Assembly: GCA_965112155.1 (NCBI GenBank)
Contig: OZ218104.1
Source of the DNA: Podarcis liolepis
Taxonomy: Eukaryota
Reading direction: 5' to 3' (one strand)
Length of the DNA stretch: 64,000 nucleotides
The notes beneath the pieces were generated by a model. The model ran no database searches and was not told where the DNA came from. It saw nothing but the letters and a program-made list of their open reading frames with translations. Both the position numbers and the translations under genes were made by a program. Shown one piece after another: positions 23,955 to 38,900 of this stretch (position 1 is the stretch's first letter; each line of letters starts with the position of its first letter).

Positions 23955-26900
23955 TGGTTTGTTTGTTTGGGGAGGGTCATCTGAAACTTCATCCTCTGGT
24001 GTGTCTGTGATGGCTCAGCCAATCACACATGCAAGTTATTCATAGATTCTACACGTACATTTACATCACTGGCTGACTTATCTGTGTGACCCAAGCTTTG
24101 ATCTTCTCTAGCTGGTAGGGATACTTCAAACAGTGAGCAATGTCACTGGGAAGTTGCTCTTATGGTGCTGTTCAAATCTGAAACCTTCAGATGTAAAAAG
24201 AAGTTTATTATCCATATAAACACCCTTGAGGTTAAAGAAAAATGTATGAGGAAGATTACTCATCAGTTCACTTAAACCAAAATAGGATTTAATGATTTTT
24301 TATTTGACATCTCCCTGAAATCCTTCATTTGTTGCTTCCTCATATGAGTGTGTTTCTGCCTGGCAAAACTGAGATATGATGCTGGAAGCTGAGCTGTTGA
24401 AAACAAATGTTGCATTTCCCATCATTGCTGTGTCTCCCATCATCAAATCTCATTTTCACCACATGGAGATGCGTTTCAAAGCATGAATGCTCATACTACT
24501 TTGGGTGACATTTCCCCTTTAACTCTGTTGTACCATTTCCCCCTGAACTATTATTGTCCATTCTGGCTTCCTGGATCAGAAGAGCAGGGACTTTAGAACG
24601 ATTGCTCAGAATAGATAAACCACACAGCACCTTGTACTTCTCTTCATTGATCTCTCCTTGACTGAGCCAGGGTCATGGAGGAACATGACATAAGAGGAAC
24701 CCTGCTGAATCCATAGGAATAGGGGAGACCTCTTCACATTTTAATGCAATTCTGACAGGCAAAAGCACCCAAGGAGAGTGCAAAGTATGGCCAGTGATGG
24801 GTATTTCGTTGGACGAGGGTGTGTGGCTGGGGATGTGTGAGCTGGGAAGAATCCTAGAGAGGCCTAGAGGACCATATTTGCCCCCTAGACCTGAGATTCT
24901 GCACCCTAGGATAGGGGTTTAAATATTGACCCCTGTGATTGGCCAATAGTATAAAGTCAGTCCAAACCCCTGCAATGCAGGAATACACACCTGCAACCTT
25001 GACATTATCAGAACCATGCTGAGCTAACCAGCTGAGCTATCCAGGCTGGTACGTAGATCAGGGAGATTGTGCCCTTGAACTCTGCTAATGCTGCCTGCTT
25101 GACTGGATGGAGGACAGAGGGTGTGTGTGTGTTTGTGTGTGTGTGTGAGAGAGAGAGTTTAAAAGAGAACGTGGCCCCTCGCACTCAAAGGGAGTTCTGA
25201 AGCCTCAGAATATACCCCCCCACACAGGCAGCACCCTTGACTAAGCCCCACCCTCAGCCCATGAGGCCCCCCATTCATACCTACAGGTATAGGGTGGTAT
25301 ATAAAATTCTGACAATCTGGCCCTGTTAAGTGGAAAGAAGCCCCGCCCTCATGCATCCTGCTTTTTCTTCCTAACCAGGGCCGGCCTGGGGAGATTTGCG
25401 TGGTGGGACCCAAAGGCCAAAAGGTACGATTATGCTTCTCTTGGGGGTGGGGGGGAGCCAGCATTCTACTGATGGGCTTGTCACTAGTAACAACTGTGCC
25501 TGTCTTTTTAGGGTGACCCAGGGTTCGTGGGTCCTGAAGGTCTCGCTGGGGAACCAGGACCCCCGGGTCGGCCGGGTCCACCTGGAATTGGCCTCCCAGG
25601 AAAACCAGTAAGACTTTCATTTCTGCCTGCCTTCTATTTCTGGCTCCTTCACGGCTTCAATCCTTTGTTAAAATTATGTCTCAGATAATTGTGATGATGT
25701 GCCAAGCTAGGTATGTGGGTCTTTTGCCGGTGGGTGGAGACAAATCAGATTGGTAGTGGCAGGTGGGGGCATTCAACCCCTGCTGTCCCCAATTCCATTT
25801 TCCTGATCTAAACCTTCCTCTTTCCAAAGCTGCTATTTGCCACGTGGGTGGAATAGAAACATGTAGGGTAGGTTCTTCCCTGCAAGGCGAACGACAATTT
25901 GTGGAAGATAATTTGCCTCAGGGAAATGGGGGGGGGGGTTAACACCACCTTCCCCAAGCACTGTGGCACTGTGTGATTTCCCAATTCACACACACACACA
26001 TGTCCCAAATATCTGCTTTGAACTAGGGGGAAAGTAAGGTGCTCTGCCCTTGGGTCTTCTGCAGCATGCCCAGTTTGTCCCATGAAATGAAATGCCTCAG
26101 TTGGCCCTTACTTTTTGAGTGCAGCTTGTGGTTAAAATTGTGGTTAAAATTTGAGTGCAGCTTGGCCCAACCACAGCATCGCTCTGGTGATATTTTTCAT
26201 TGTCTTTTGTGTTTGTTTTGGTTATTTTTCAAAAGTGTTTTAAAAAGAAAGAAAGAAAGGCATTTATAGAATTTTGGTCCTGTTCCAGCGCAGCCACTGG
26301 CAGCCAGGAGAAACATCGAGCAACAGCCAGTGGGTGTTGAGCCTAAACAATGCTCACAGCACTGACAGCTTTGTGAAAAGAATTGCTAAGAGGAGCTGCT
26401 TTTCAGGAATCTGAAATAGGGGCCCTGGAGGAAGCCTGTATGTGCAATTCATTCTTATCTTCCCCCAGATACCACCCAACCAGTCAGCCAGTGCCAGCCA
26501 GCTGCCTCTACCTCTGGGAGTCCAGTCTCTCATATATTCTCATCCACTTAGGGTTCCATATCAGGTGGGGAACCATGGGTCCAGGGACAAAATGTGGCCC
26601 TCCAGGCCTCTCTGCCTGGCCCTTGGGACTCTCCCCAGGCAACACCCACCTCCCTGGCCACAGCTTCTTTCCCCTGCCCTCCCATCCACCTTCACCAGCC
26701 TTGCTCCATATCCCCTTTGGCTGGAATGGTCCCTTGAACTCTGATAATGCCTCTTGCTTGCCTGGACGGAGGAGAGTGTGATCAGCTTGGGAAAGGGCAA
26801 GTACACACATTCCCACCCTGTCAGCATAATTTAACAGCTCCATAACCAAGATAGAAGGAATGAAGGAAAGGTCAAACTCAGGTTAAATTACATAGAAATA

Positions 26901-29900
26901 TGCCAAATGTACACACGGTAACAAAGGGCACGAGTGTTTAGAAGACTGCAATGCAACTTCCCCTCTGTTATGCTTTCCATAGTCATGGGTTCAAAAGTTA
27001 TACAGGATACAGGGTATGTAATGGGTACAGCAGACCTTGGCCTTATTCACACCTACCTTTCCTTCACGCTCCCCAGGCATGGCCTGTGCTTCACTTCCAG
27101 GCATCTTTTTTTCCCCTTCCCCAGAGCTTTGTCCACAAAAACCCGCTCTTTAAAGGTCAGTTGGAGCAAGGGGCAATTTACAGAAGGCCTGAATTGGTGT
27201 TTGCTCTGATTGGGTGCTAAAGAGCTGGTTTTCATGGGGAAATTCCCAGGGCAAAAAACAAACAAAAACAAATTCTTAGATGCAGAGCTTTTAAGCGCAG
27301 ATCTGTGCCTGGAAAGAGAGAGTCAAGAAGCGGCAGAAGTGGCACATATTCTGGGTCCTGTTTGGGATAGCAATGACCTTGGTGGATCATTCAGCTTCTG
27401 AATACAACCAACTGTTCTGCTTTCATTCTAGGGTGATCCCGGTGGCCCACCAGGTCCCAGAGGAGAGAAGGTAGGCATAACCATGCATATAGCTTTGGAC
27501 AGTCCCAGTGATTATCATGTCCCAGAAAACTAGTTTTTTATCTTGTCCATGGCTGCTTTGTCCAGACCTACTTACGTGGCTCTTATTCTCTGTTCTCTAT
27601 TTCCAGGGGGACTCAGGACCTCCAGGGCCAGGCGGTTCAAGTGGAAAGCCAGTAAGTTCCTCCTTCAGTGAGTAAACCAGCAAAGCAAAGTGGGGAGGAT
27701 CCACAAAATTGCAGCAGATCCCAGAACCCCCATCATAGGAGTGGGGGCTCATGCTTTGCATATTTCTGTGCTCTTGACTAGGCTTTCTCCACCCAGGTCA
27801 TGTGACCACTGACTGACAGCCAGGGAAGCTGGGTTGGACCTTGCTTATTGGGTAGCTGCTGGGTTTATTTATGATATGTATATGACACTGTTTTGTAACT
27901 CCTCTTGCTTATGGAGCTGGATACAAACCTATACCACCTGTGTGCAAGAGAGAGGCATACGCAGGCTCGAGATAACTGTGGTAGGTGGGTGAAAAAAATA
28001 TCTCAAATGGCCCTATAATAACTCAAATTCCAAAGCAAATGCAGTCCATTGTCCACAGACTGTAGGCTGGGAGAGGCTTTTGCGAAGCAAGACAACTCTT
28101 AAGTGTATTTCACAATGAATGGTGGAGTTCAGCTTCTGAATGGTTTACAACAAACTTGCAGTGTTGTCCAGAGGTATTAGCCCCCCCCCCCCACTGCTGC
28201 CTGGGGATTTGGCTAAAGTGCAGAGAGCAGCTTATAACTAACCCAGTCATGTTATCTATTGCTCGTATCACTGCGCTGCTGAGGTTGAGCTGTGAGAGTA
28301 GCACACAACAATCCTACAGGGTAGTTCACTGTCATATCCCTGTTGCAGATAGGAGGAATGTGCTGAGGCACAGTAGCTCTTAGCAGACCAGAGGTGGAGC
28401 TATCCCCCAGGTCAATTCAAGCATGGAGAGAGCTCAGGCTTTATGGGCTTGCATGCAAAATGTCCAAAAAGCTACAATAAGCCAATACGTTTTGGACGTG
28501 AAGATTCAAATCAGAGCCGAACCACCTGCCTTTGATGCCGATGCCGCAGGCTCAAGCAACGCACATGTGCCAGGAATGTACTGCAGCATTCTGTTGTGGC
28601 GCTCCACTTGGCATTTAGTGTCACACTTAAACGATGACATAAAGGGAGAATAAACTGAATGTACCAATGCAGCTGTTGGGAATGAAGTCATGCCTCGTTC
28701 CACGCCCAGCACTTGCTCCCTAAGGGCTGCTTAGATTGTTAAAAGTCTACATTGCTCAACAGCTGAGGTTTCTGCCAGTGAGGGAAGACTGGCGGGAAAC
28801 AGCAAAGCCAGAGGGGCTGTGGGAAGGATTTGAGGGGGCATTCAAAAGACAGGCAGAGTGTCTGTGTGGAATGGGACAATGGGACAATTTTTGTGACAAT
28901 GACTATAGGGATGGGGGAGAAATTCAGTTCAGTTTGCATTGAAGGGCAAACCTACATAATTCACACTTCCTGAAATAATATGCAGACTGAAACACAGCCA
29001 TCCTTTGATCTGACAATCAGCACACCCCCTATAGTCCTATTATATGGGAACAGGGCAGCACAACTTAATGTGGCAAGCAGAACTGTCTGTTCATGCCTGT
29101 GCTGGCATCTCTATTACCTTGGCAATGGACGAGGCATCACCAACTCCTCTGCAGTGGGTGGAGTAGGTGGGGCAGCCTCTGACAACTTCAGAGATGGATG
29201 CTGTGTATGAGCTGTGCTCTGGGGTGACTGATGCAGAGATGGAGTAGGGAAACCCCTCCCCCCACAGTAGGTCCTTCCCCATGATCTTCCTCCCCAAGTG
29301 GCTCATCGAGCTTCCGAGACTCTGGCATTATCTGTCCCAGGATCATCTATGGGCAACTCCTCTCCTCTCCACCTATGCCCAGCCAGGTCCCTCACTGGGG
29401 GCCCATGACATCATCAATTACTTGGCAGGAATTCCCATTGAAGAAGAAGAAGAAGAGTTTGGATTTGATATCCCGCCTTTCACTCCCTTTAAGGAGTCTC
29501 AAAGCGGCTAACATTCTCCTTTCCTTTCCTCCCCCACAACAAACACTCTGTGAGGTGAGTGGGGCTGAGAGACTTCACAGAAGTGTGACTGGCCCAAGGT
29601 CACCCAGCAGCTGCATGTGGAGGAGCGGAGACTCGAACCCGGTTCCCCAGATTATGAGACTACCGCTCTTAACCACTACACCACACTGAAGTTTCCTAGG
29701 ATTGATTTCCAGATACACATGAATAAGTTTAGGCTGCAGGTTTCCTGATCTGCAAACACATTAGCTATATAGCTAGCTATAGCTAGTTCCTGGTCTCATA
29801 GGAGCTTGTTTATTTGTTTCATAAAATGTATATACCATTTAAGTGTAAAAAAAACCTCGACACAATGTACAAAAAAGGAGTTGCATCACAAACGGAAACC

Positions 29901-32900
29901 TTCCTTCTTTCTCTGCAGGGGAAACCCGGGGTCCCAGGCCTGAAAGGAGACAAGGTGAGTCGAAGGAAGGCAGGATCAAGGCAAAGCCTGTGCATTCTCT
30001 GGTTTCAGAGAAGGGCATGAGGCTCCTACCCCACTCCCCACCAAGCTCCATTATCACCACATCTAATAATGAACCTAACCTGCCCTTCCCATAGGGTCCC
30101 AGGTCAGGTTATAGCAATATACTATACAGTTATAACAACAGATAAAATAGTTACAATTACATATAAAAAAGCAAAACTTTTCCAACCAGAGGAGGATAAA
30201 TAAACAGCAAAAAAGGTGTAATGCTTAAGCAGTAAAAGGCCAGGGTAAAGAGGCTTATCTTCAGGAATATGGCAAAAGCTGTACAGTGAAGATGCAACAG
30301 GCACCATTATGGGGAAGGAGTTCCACAGTTATATCCCTTTAATTTGCTCTTCCCTCTATTCCATCCCCCAAACCTCCCAAAAACTACTTGCCTGAACAAG
30401 AGGATCTAACTATGTTTTGTCTCAGGAATAATTCATCTTAATGCATTTTGTTTAAATAATTTTCTTTCTATTTTGTGGAAGGAAGCAATGGAGACCTTTT
30501 CCCTTTGGCCCTGTTGCCTTTGTTTTGTCTTCCTTTAGTTGAAATCTTCTTCACAGCATCTTGAATGTCTCTCAACAGGGGGACCCATGTGAAGTCTGTC
30601 CCACTACCTCTGATGGGAACAATGCAGTCAGCATCCCTGGGAAACCAGGGCCCAAAGGGGAGCCTGGACCTCCAGGGAAACCGGGCAAATCGGTGAGTCC
30701 CAGGTCACTGGGTGAAGGCTTTATCCCTTGAGGGTGTTACAGACAAGGAGATTCCTGCATTGGACTAAATGACCCTGGGAGGTCCCTTCCAACTCAACAG
30801 TTCTATGATTCTAAGAAGCAAAGGTGTTTGGTTGGTGGGGCAATTGCTGAGTTATTGGACCCTGTAGTTCTAAGCATTTCCTTTGGTCTCCTTCCTCCCT
30901 CCCCCCACGCCTTTCTTTTTCAGGACAAGCCTGGCCCTCCAGGACTCAAAGGCAGCAGGGTAGGTGTCAGATTCACTTTCTGTGAGATTAAGAGCAGAGC
31001 TGTGAGATTAAGAGATTAAGAGCAGAGGGGAAGACCCAAGTCAGAGCACATGCTTTGCCTGTAGAAAGCCTTGGGTCGAATCCTTTGCATCTCTGGTTTT
31101 AAAAGCATCAGGTGACACAAAAGACCATCTCCCTCATATCCCAGACAGCCACTGCCAGACCAGCACGGGGCTTTGGCCCAATTACAGGTAGCTTCCTATG
31201 TCCGTCAAGATGGCCTGTAACCAACAAGAACGGGTATCCCATGACCCAGAAGCTTAGATGTTGTGATGGAATAATACCACCTACAGCCTTTGGGCATGAA
31301 TCTTTCCTTGGCAGGTGTGGCTGTTTTCCCTGCAGTTCCCTCCTCTAGACAGAGTGAACTGGATGATGGCACACAGCCTGGATGCCCCACCTGGCATCCT
31401 TCAGGTCAGTGTTCTTCAACCAGATGCTGTTGACTTGCACCTGCCATTGTTCCCAGACAGCTTAGCCAATGGCCAGGGATGGTGGAGGCTGTAGACCAAC
31501 AACATCTGGAGACACAAGGTTGAAGGACACTGTCTCACTTCACTGGTTCAAGAACTGTGGCAGATTTCTGACACTAGGTGAATTTGTTACCTATTAAAAT
31601 GCATATTCATTCTTTTATATATAAAAAAAACACTCTTCAAATTAAAGCTGAAATGGCACAAAGCAGACCTACAAATTAGTGCATGGGAAGTTGACATGAT
31701 CCAGGATACACCGATTCCATGGAGGAATCAAGTGAGGGCCAGTTGTTGTGGCCCCTTGTGGTCTGTTGAGACTGTGAGCTGTGTGGATCCAGGAGCACTT
31801 TTGAACAGAGGTTGGGTGGGCATCTGCCAGGGATTCTTTAGCTGTGGTTCCTGCATTGCAGGGGGCTGGAGCAGATGACCCTTGGGGCTCCTTCCAACTC
31901 TACAATTCTGTGATTCTGTAACATGTTCCTGGTTTGTCTAAACTGAAGCAACCATTGATGGGGTACAGCAGGTGCATCTCTTGCTGATGCCCTCTCAGCA
32001 CCACCAACACCACCCAGGCTCAGCTGCCTCACCCAGTTGCTGGTCGCATGAACGTTTCCATTGCCTTCTGATTCTTTCCTCTCCCTTTTCTTTTTATCAT
32101 TCTTCAGGGGGACCCTGGGATCAATGGAATTAAAGGGGAGAAGGTAGGTGGCCATTTCCTTTTTATATGATCTCTAACCCCTGTTTTTGTTTTGGTTCAG
32201 TAGGGGTCACACTCTGTAGTGGGGGGGGGGGAGTTGTGCACATAAGCCCCACCACAAATGTCCTCATGTGTGCTGTCTCCCACCTCCTGCCTCGCTTTGT
32301 CCCCAACCTTACCCATGATGTACAGTGGTGCCTCGCAAGACGAAAATAATCCGTTCCGCGAGTCTCTTCATCTAGCGGTCTTTTCGTCTTGCGAAGCAAC
32401 CCTATTAGCGGATTAGCAGATTGGCGCTATTAGCAGTTTAGCGGTTTAGCGGCTATTAAAGGCTTAGCGGCTTAGAAAAAGGGGGCGGAGCGAAAAAAAT
32501 CGCAAGACTCGCAAGACGTTTTTGTCTTGCAAAGCAAGCCCATAGGGAAATTCGTCTTGCGAAGCGCATCGAAAAACGGAAAACCCTTTCGTCTAGCGGG
32601 TTTTTCATCTTGCGAGGCATTCGTCTTGTGGGGCACCACTGTACAAGGAAAATTTGCACAGGGATTCTACTTGGTGTTCAATTGAATTAGGATTATGTAA
32701 TTGTGGATTCTGATAAAGCACAGTCCTTGATCATGAGATGCATTCGAGTGAATGTGAATGGAATTCCTAGGCAGGCCTTCTCCTTTTAATCCTGGGCTTG
32801 TCCAAAGTTCTCTGTAGCCTTTGGGGAGTGCTTGCACACATCTCTGCTTTAGTTGTGATTAGTGGCAAGGGCTTAGACTGAAAGCAATCTTCAACTAACA

Positions 32901-35900
32901 GCATCTTTTGCATGCCTGCAGATTCTCATTTTAGCTTGCAAACTGCAGAACTCCTTAGGGAAATACTGCTTCATTTGTAAAAAAAAAACAAACAAACCAA
33001 AAACAGTGAGCATTTTGAGTTGGGTAAATTTTGCATTCTGAACAAGGTGATGATGAAGTTTTGCTGATGAAAAGGAACAGGTTTTACACAACTCCTCCAT
33101 CTCATTGCCTTTAGCCAGTTGTTCCTCACTGCAAGTGACTAGGCATGTGGTTATTTACAAGACTGCTGGATACCTTTGTGCAAATTATTTCAGGCACCCA
33201 CACCCACAAACAATACTTACTGCAAAGTCAATTTTGTAATCCATGTAAACAAGGAGACCCGCGCATTTTAGGCTTACTGAAATCTACCCAACTATGTCTG
33301 TCCCAAACCAGCAGTTTTCCCACGGTGCAAGCGGTTGGGGGGGGGGGCAGGCTTGTACCATATCCTGCAATCTGTATCACCATTTGCATTGCACTGGTAT
33401 GAAATGAGCTATTCCTCGCTAATACCAAGCATTGTGCTTCTTCTTCTTTAAGGGAGATCAGTGTCAGTCATGCAGCCCTGCAGCCCAGCACCTTCAGAAA
33501 GCACCCAAAGGAGAACCAGGACCACCAGGGATTGGCCTGCCTGGCCTTCCCGTAAGTATAGAGCCATTGTGCCTCTTGCCTTTAGTGTAGGGCACTGCAA
33601 GGATTTATGGGAAGAACAAGGGTGGAATGAATAGCAGTGCTGAAGTGAGAATGTGAAATAACACAAGGGTTTCTAGTCCTCATGATCATAGAAAAGCACA
33701 TGCAATCCCCATGGCAGTTTCTGTGAACAGGCAAGTCTACACAGTACAAGCCCATTTAATCCTCTTCACTTCAGCCTGCGGAACTCTAGTTCTGAGAAGC
33801 ATTCTTGATGATATCACTGAACTACAGTCCTCAGGGTTTGATGGGATGTCATGGCAGTTTCAAAGCTGTTTGGATTGGTTGTGCGAATAGAATGTTCCAA
33901 ATGAGAGCAGGTCTGATCTTAAGGTTAAAACCTGGTTAAAACCACATCCAGAACTTTTCCTGGTTCTGCCAACTCCTTCACTGAAATGATTCTTCTTACT
34001 TTTCTTTTATTTGCTTTCAGGGCAAAGATGGCCTTCCAGGGCTGTCTGGACTCAAAGGAGAAAAGGTAAGAGCAAATTTTCAGGAGACAGTCAGAGGGCT
34101 GGTTCCGGAATACCTTGCTTTATCTCTGTTCCACTGCAAGTGTAATTAGCCAGAACTTGAGGGTGAATCCAGTGATTTTTATCACAGGGTAATAATACCT
34201 CTGTAANNNNNNNNNNNNNNNNNNNNNNNNNNNNNNNNNNNNNNNNNNNNNNNNNNNNNNNNNNNNNNNNNNNNNNNNNNNNNNNNNNNNNNNNNNNNNN
34301 NNNNNNNNNNNNNNNNNNNNNNNNNNNNNNNNNNCCCTTTCTCCCGGGCAGACATTTGTCTGACAATACGAGGAATATAATTAATATTCTAGAAACATTA
34401 CAAGTGAATATCAATACTAAAGCAGTCTTGATATTTGTGGATGCAGAGAAAGCCTTTGACAATATTTCTTGGAGTTTTATGAAGAATAATCTACAGGGGA
34501 TGGGGGTAGGACAAGGTTTTGAAAATGGTATAGGTGCAATTTATTCAGAACAAAAGGCAAAATTAATTGTGAACAATGTGATGACAGAAGAGTTTAAGAT
34601 TGAAAAAGGGACACGACAAGGTTGCCCAATTTCTCCATTGCTTTTTATATCGGTCCTCGAGGTTTTGTTAAACATGATTAGAAAGGACCAAGAGGTTAAA
34701 GGTATACAAGTGGGAGCTAAACAGTACAAACTGAAAGCATTTGCTGATGATTTAGTGTTGACTGTACAGGAGCCAGAACCTAGTACTAAAGGGGTATTGG
34801 AACTGATTCAAGAATTTGGACAGGTTGCAGGTTTCAAGTTGAATAAGATGAAAACCAAGGTTTTAGAGAAAAATTTAACTATGAATGAGAGAGAGAAGTT
34901 TCAGGAGGAGACAGGATTAACATTGGTTAAAAAAGTGAAATACTTAGGGGTTAACATGACTGCTAAAAATGTGAATTTATTTAAGGATAATTATGAAAAA
35001 TGTTGGATTGAAGTGAAAAAGGATTTAGAAGTATGGACAAATTTGAAGTTATAATTGTTAGGCCGAATTGCTGTGATAAAAATGAATGTGCTGCCAAGGA
35101 TGTTATTTTTGTTCCAAACATTGCAAATTTTGGATAAGACGGATTGTTTCAAGAAGTGGCACAAGGATATTTCTAGATTTGTCTGGCAGGGCAAGAAGCC
35201 TCGAATAAAATTCAAGATACTAACTGATGCTAAAGAAAGAGGTGGATTTGCCCTGCCGGATCTTAAACTTTATTATGAATCAGCTGCTTTTTGCTGGCTG
35301 AGAGAATGGCTGCTTCTTGAAAACACTGAAGTGTTGGATTTAGAAGGTTTTAATAATGTATTTAGTTGGCATGCATATTTGTGGTACGATAAGGTAAAAG
35401 TACATAAAGCGTTTAAAAATCATATTGTTAGAAAAGCATTGTTTAATGTTTGGATAAGATATAAGGATTTGTTAGAAAAGAAAACCCCAAGATGGTTGTC
35501 ACCAATGGAAGCGAAGGCACAGAAAAAAACTCAATATGGAGGCCAAATGGCCGAAATATTGGGAAATTCTGGTGCAAGATGGAGATAGAATAAAATTGCA
35601 GAGCTTTGAAAAATTGAAGAACAAAGTGCGAGATTGGCTCCATTATTATCAAATAATGGAGGCATACAAATTGGACAAAAAAGTTGGTTTCCAGGTGGAA
35701 AAATCAAAATTGGAAATAGAATTGTTAGATCCAAAACCCAAGAATTTGTCAAGAATGTATAACTTGCTGTTGAAATGGAACACTCAGGATGAGATGGTGA
35801 AATCAGCTATGAGATGATGTTGGACATAACATAATGATGGCTGACTGGGAACGGTTATGGACCACAGGTATGAAATTTACGGCATGTAAATGCCCTAAGA

Positions 35901-38900
35901 GAAAATTTAATGAAAATGATTTATAGGTGGTACATGACACCAGTTAAGCTTGAAAAAATTTACCATTTGCCCAATAATAAATGTTGGAAATGTAATGAGA
36001 CTGAAGGTACATTCTTTCACCTTTGGTGGACGTGCCCAAGGATTAAGACATTCTGGGAGATGATTTATAATGAAATGAAAAAGGTATTTAAATATACCTT
36101 CCTTAAGAAACCAGAGGCCTTTTTCCTGGGCATGGTCGGCCAATTGGTGCTAAAGAAGGATAGAACTTTTTTTATATATGCAACAACAGCAGCAAGAATA
36201 CTCATCGCGAAGTATTGGAAGACACAAGATTTACCCACCAGGGAAGAATGGCAGATGAAGTTGATGGACTACATGGAATTGGCGCAAATGACTGGCAGAA
36301 TCCGAGACCAGGGAGAAGAGTCGGTGGAAGAAGACTGGAAAAAGTTCAAAGACTATTTACAGAAATATTGCAAAATTAATGAATGCTAGAAGAATGTTGG
36401 AATGAAGTGATATGGCTTTAGTAGAAAGGTTATAAGGAATTAAGTACAAATAGATTAATAGAGTATTAAAAGAAAAATAAGGTTGAAATGTGTTAAGATA
36501 ATTATAGGATAGGAAACAGGGGAAGATGGAAAGGAATTGCTGAAATAATTAATAGAAGTGGAATACAAAAAGGGAGGTGTGAGGAGGTCGTGGAAATATG
36601 TGAAAGAAAGATAAGACATTGAAATTTATTTATTTTTTCTTTTCTTTGTTGATGTGTTTTTAAATTGTTTTTGTTTTGTCTTGTTAGTTTAATGTTTTAG
36701 TGTAAGGTAGTGTCTTTGTATTGTAATGTATTGTTTTTTCTTTTGGGGGGGTAGTGTTTAAATTGTTGTAAAAGCAATAAATATTATTAAAAACAAAACA
36801 AAACAAAACAAGATCCCCCTTATGTCAGATTCATCTGAGCAGCAGTTTTCTTGTTTCAAGATGGTAGATCATTTGAGCATCATTGCAGCCATTTTCTGTC
36901 TTCAGCAACTCACCAGTTCCTCTTTGTACCTAGGGAGATACTGGAGCTGTAGGACCTGCAGGCAAAGCTGTGAGTATGAGAAAGTTCTGCAAGTTTAGAG
37001 TGCGTTCGTTGCCCTCTGGGAGCTGGCTTTTGTGATCTGAACAGCGTTGGAAGATATGAAAACAAGAACAAAGTCAGATAATAAAGGGATTTGGGGGAGT
37101 TAATAAGTCACTGTCACTCAGGGGGGAAAACAGGTAAGTAACAAACACAAAAACAGTAATACAGAGTTGCAGATCTGCAGGATGAAATAACAGCAAACCA
37201 GGGTACCAAACATCCAGTTCTTTAATATGAAATATGAAACACTGTGCAATTTTCTTTGTCTTTTACTTTGCTTGCTAGACAGTCTGGTGAATTGTCCCCT
37301 AGCATAGTTGCTAGACCTCAAGATTTTTATTGCATCAAGCTCAAAAGCTTCAGTTCATGCTTGAAGAGAAATGGTGTACTGCTCTTCAGTACATTCTGAT
37401 GCTTCCAAATTAACTCTAATGAATGGCAATGCCATGATGTATCTCTACTGCAAGGAATTCTCCGAATCTAGGAAAGGACCCCACCTCCTTCTCCTCAACC
37501 CTTCCTCTCATTCTGTGCTTAAAGCTCAGCAGTTTCTCACTCCTCCTGTAATCCTAGGGAGCCCGAGGGACCAAAGGGGACACTGGAGATTCAGGAGTCA
37601 AAGGCGAAAAGGTGAGCAAATTGGTATCAAAGCATGGAAGTGGTTGTGTAACTTGTTCAGATAAGTGAGCCTTTCATCTTGCTCACAATCTGTGGCCCTC
37701 TCCTCTCTTATCCATGTCCCCTGTTTTGCCATCTTGTATCACAATTCATTTTCTCTCCCCTGTAGGGAGAACCTTGTACTGAGTGCCCTGCCTCTCTGGA
37801 AGGTCGGGAGACCATGGTTTCCATTCCAGGGCCTCCAGGAGAGAAGGGTGAGCCAGGGCTTCCTGGTGCTGGACTTCCTGGAAAACCAGTAAGTGACCCT
37901 TGGCGTGGACCTCCTTTGGAGAGGAGCAAGGGGTGTGGCAATAGAGCTAGAGGGAAGGTGGTCCCATAGGCGAAAGAAAAATTTGCATTGCAGGGGGTTG
38001 GACTAGATGACTCTTCCAGCTCTACAATTCTGTGATTCCTGGGGCAGATAGAAAGGTTTTGTGAGTCTATGGCATAGTACGTTCCTCCTAAATTAGACAA
38101 ACTGGTGCAGAAGCTCAGTGTAGAAGATAAACAGGGCTGAGAATTGGGAACCTATTTCTAGTGGGCTTCTCTTATTAGGCTGCCTGGCAGACTTGATTTG
38201 TTGGAAGGACTGTCTTTGTGGCAGGATCCAAGGGGCCAGTGAAGTTTAAGCAGAAAAGCTTTTTCTCTTATATTGCTTGCTGTACTTTTTCAGGGAAAAC
38301 CCGGGGAATCTGGAATGAAAGGTCAGAAGGTAAGAGAAGTCCGCCTGCTGGAGTGCTTCTTTGCGAGATTACATAACCCAAGGGGGTTGGTGGCCAGAGC
38401 TGGCTTTGGAAAGGGGTGAGGAGGTCTGGCTTTTTCACACTCCTCGAGACAAAACCAGAGGCACAGGAAATGGATCTCTAGGGAGCAAATATATTCTCAT
38501 TATATTTACACAGTATAATTGGAAAAGCAAGCTACAAACAAAGTACAGTGATCTATAAGAAGTTGCAAAAGACCAGAAGGAAACACGAAAATCAAATATG
38601 CATGCGGTGCAATAGGAGGAATGTCAACACCTGCAGTCCAACACGGGTGTAAAACTGCTAAAAATCTCATCAGTGCAAATGAATCCCTTCTGTGCCAAAT
38701 TGGGCCAGTTCCCGAAAGGGCCCATAGCAGTTCAGTTCCTTGCTTCTACACATAATAAGGCTTTGGGTACTGGGGCTGGAAATACCCCCGTCTCAATACT
38801 TGTAGAGCCATTTGCCAATCAGCGTAGAGCAGTGGTGAGGAATCTTCAGCCTCTGGGCCTAATTAGGACCACTAGGTCTCCCCATTTGGCCTACAGTGTC

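Noticed and set aside
34356-36389. 232-, 177-, 93- and 159-aa ORFs as separate genes or an active L1
   Set aside because: Consecutive fragments of one L1 ORF2 broken by a stop and frameshifts
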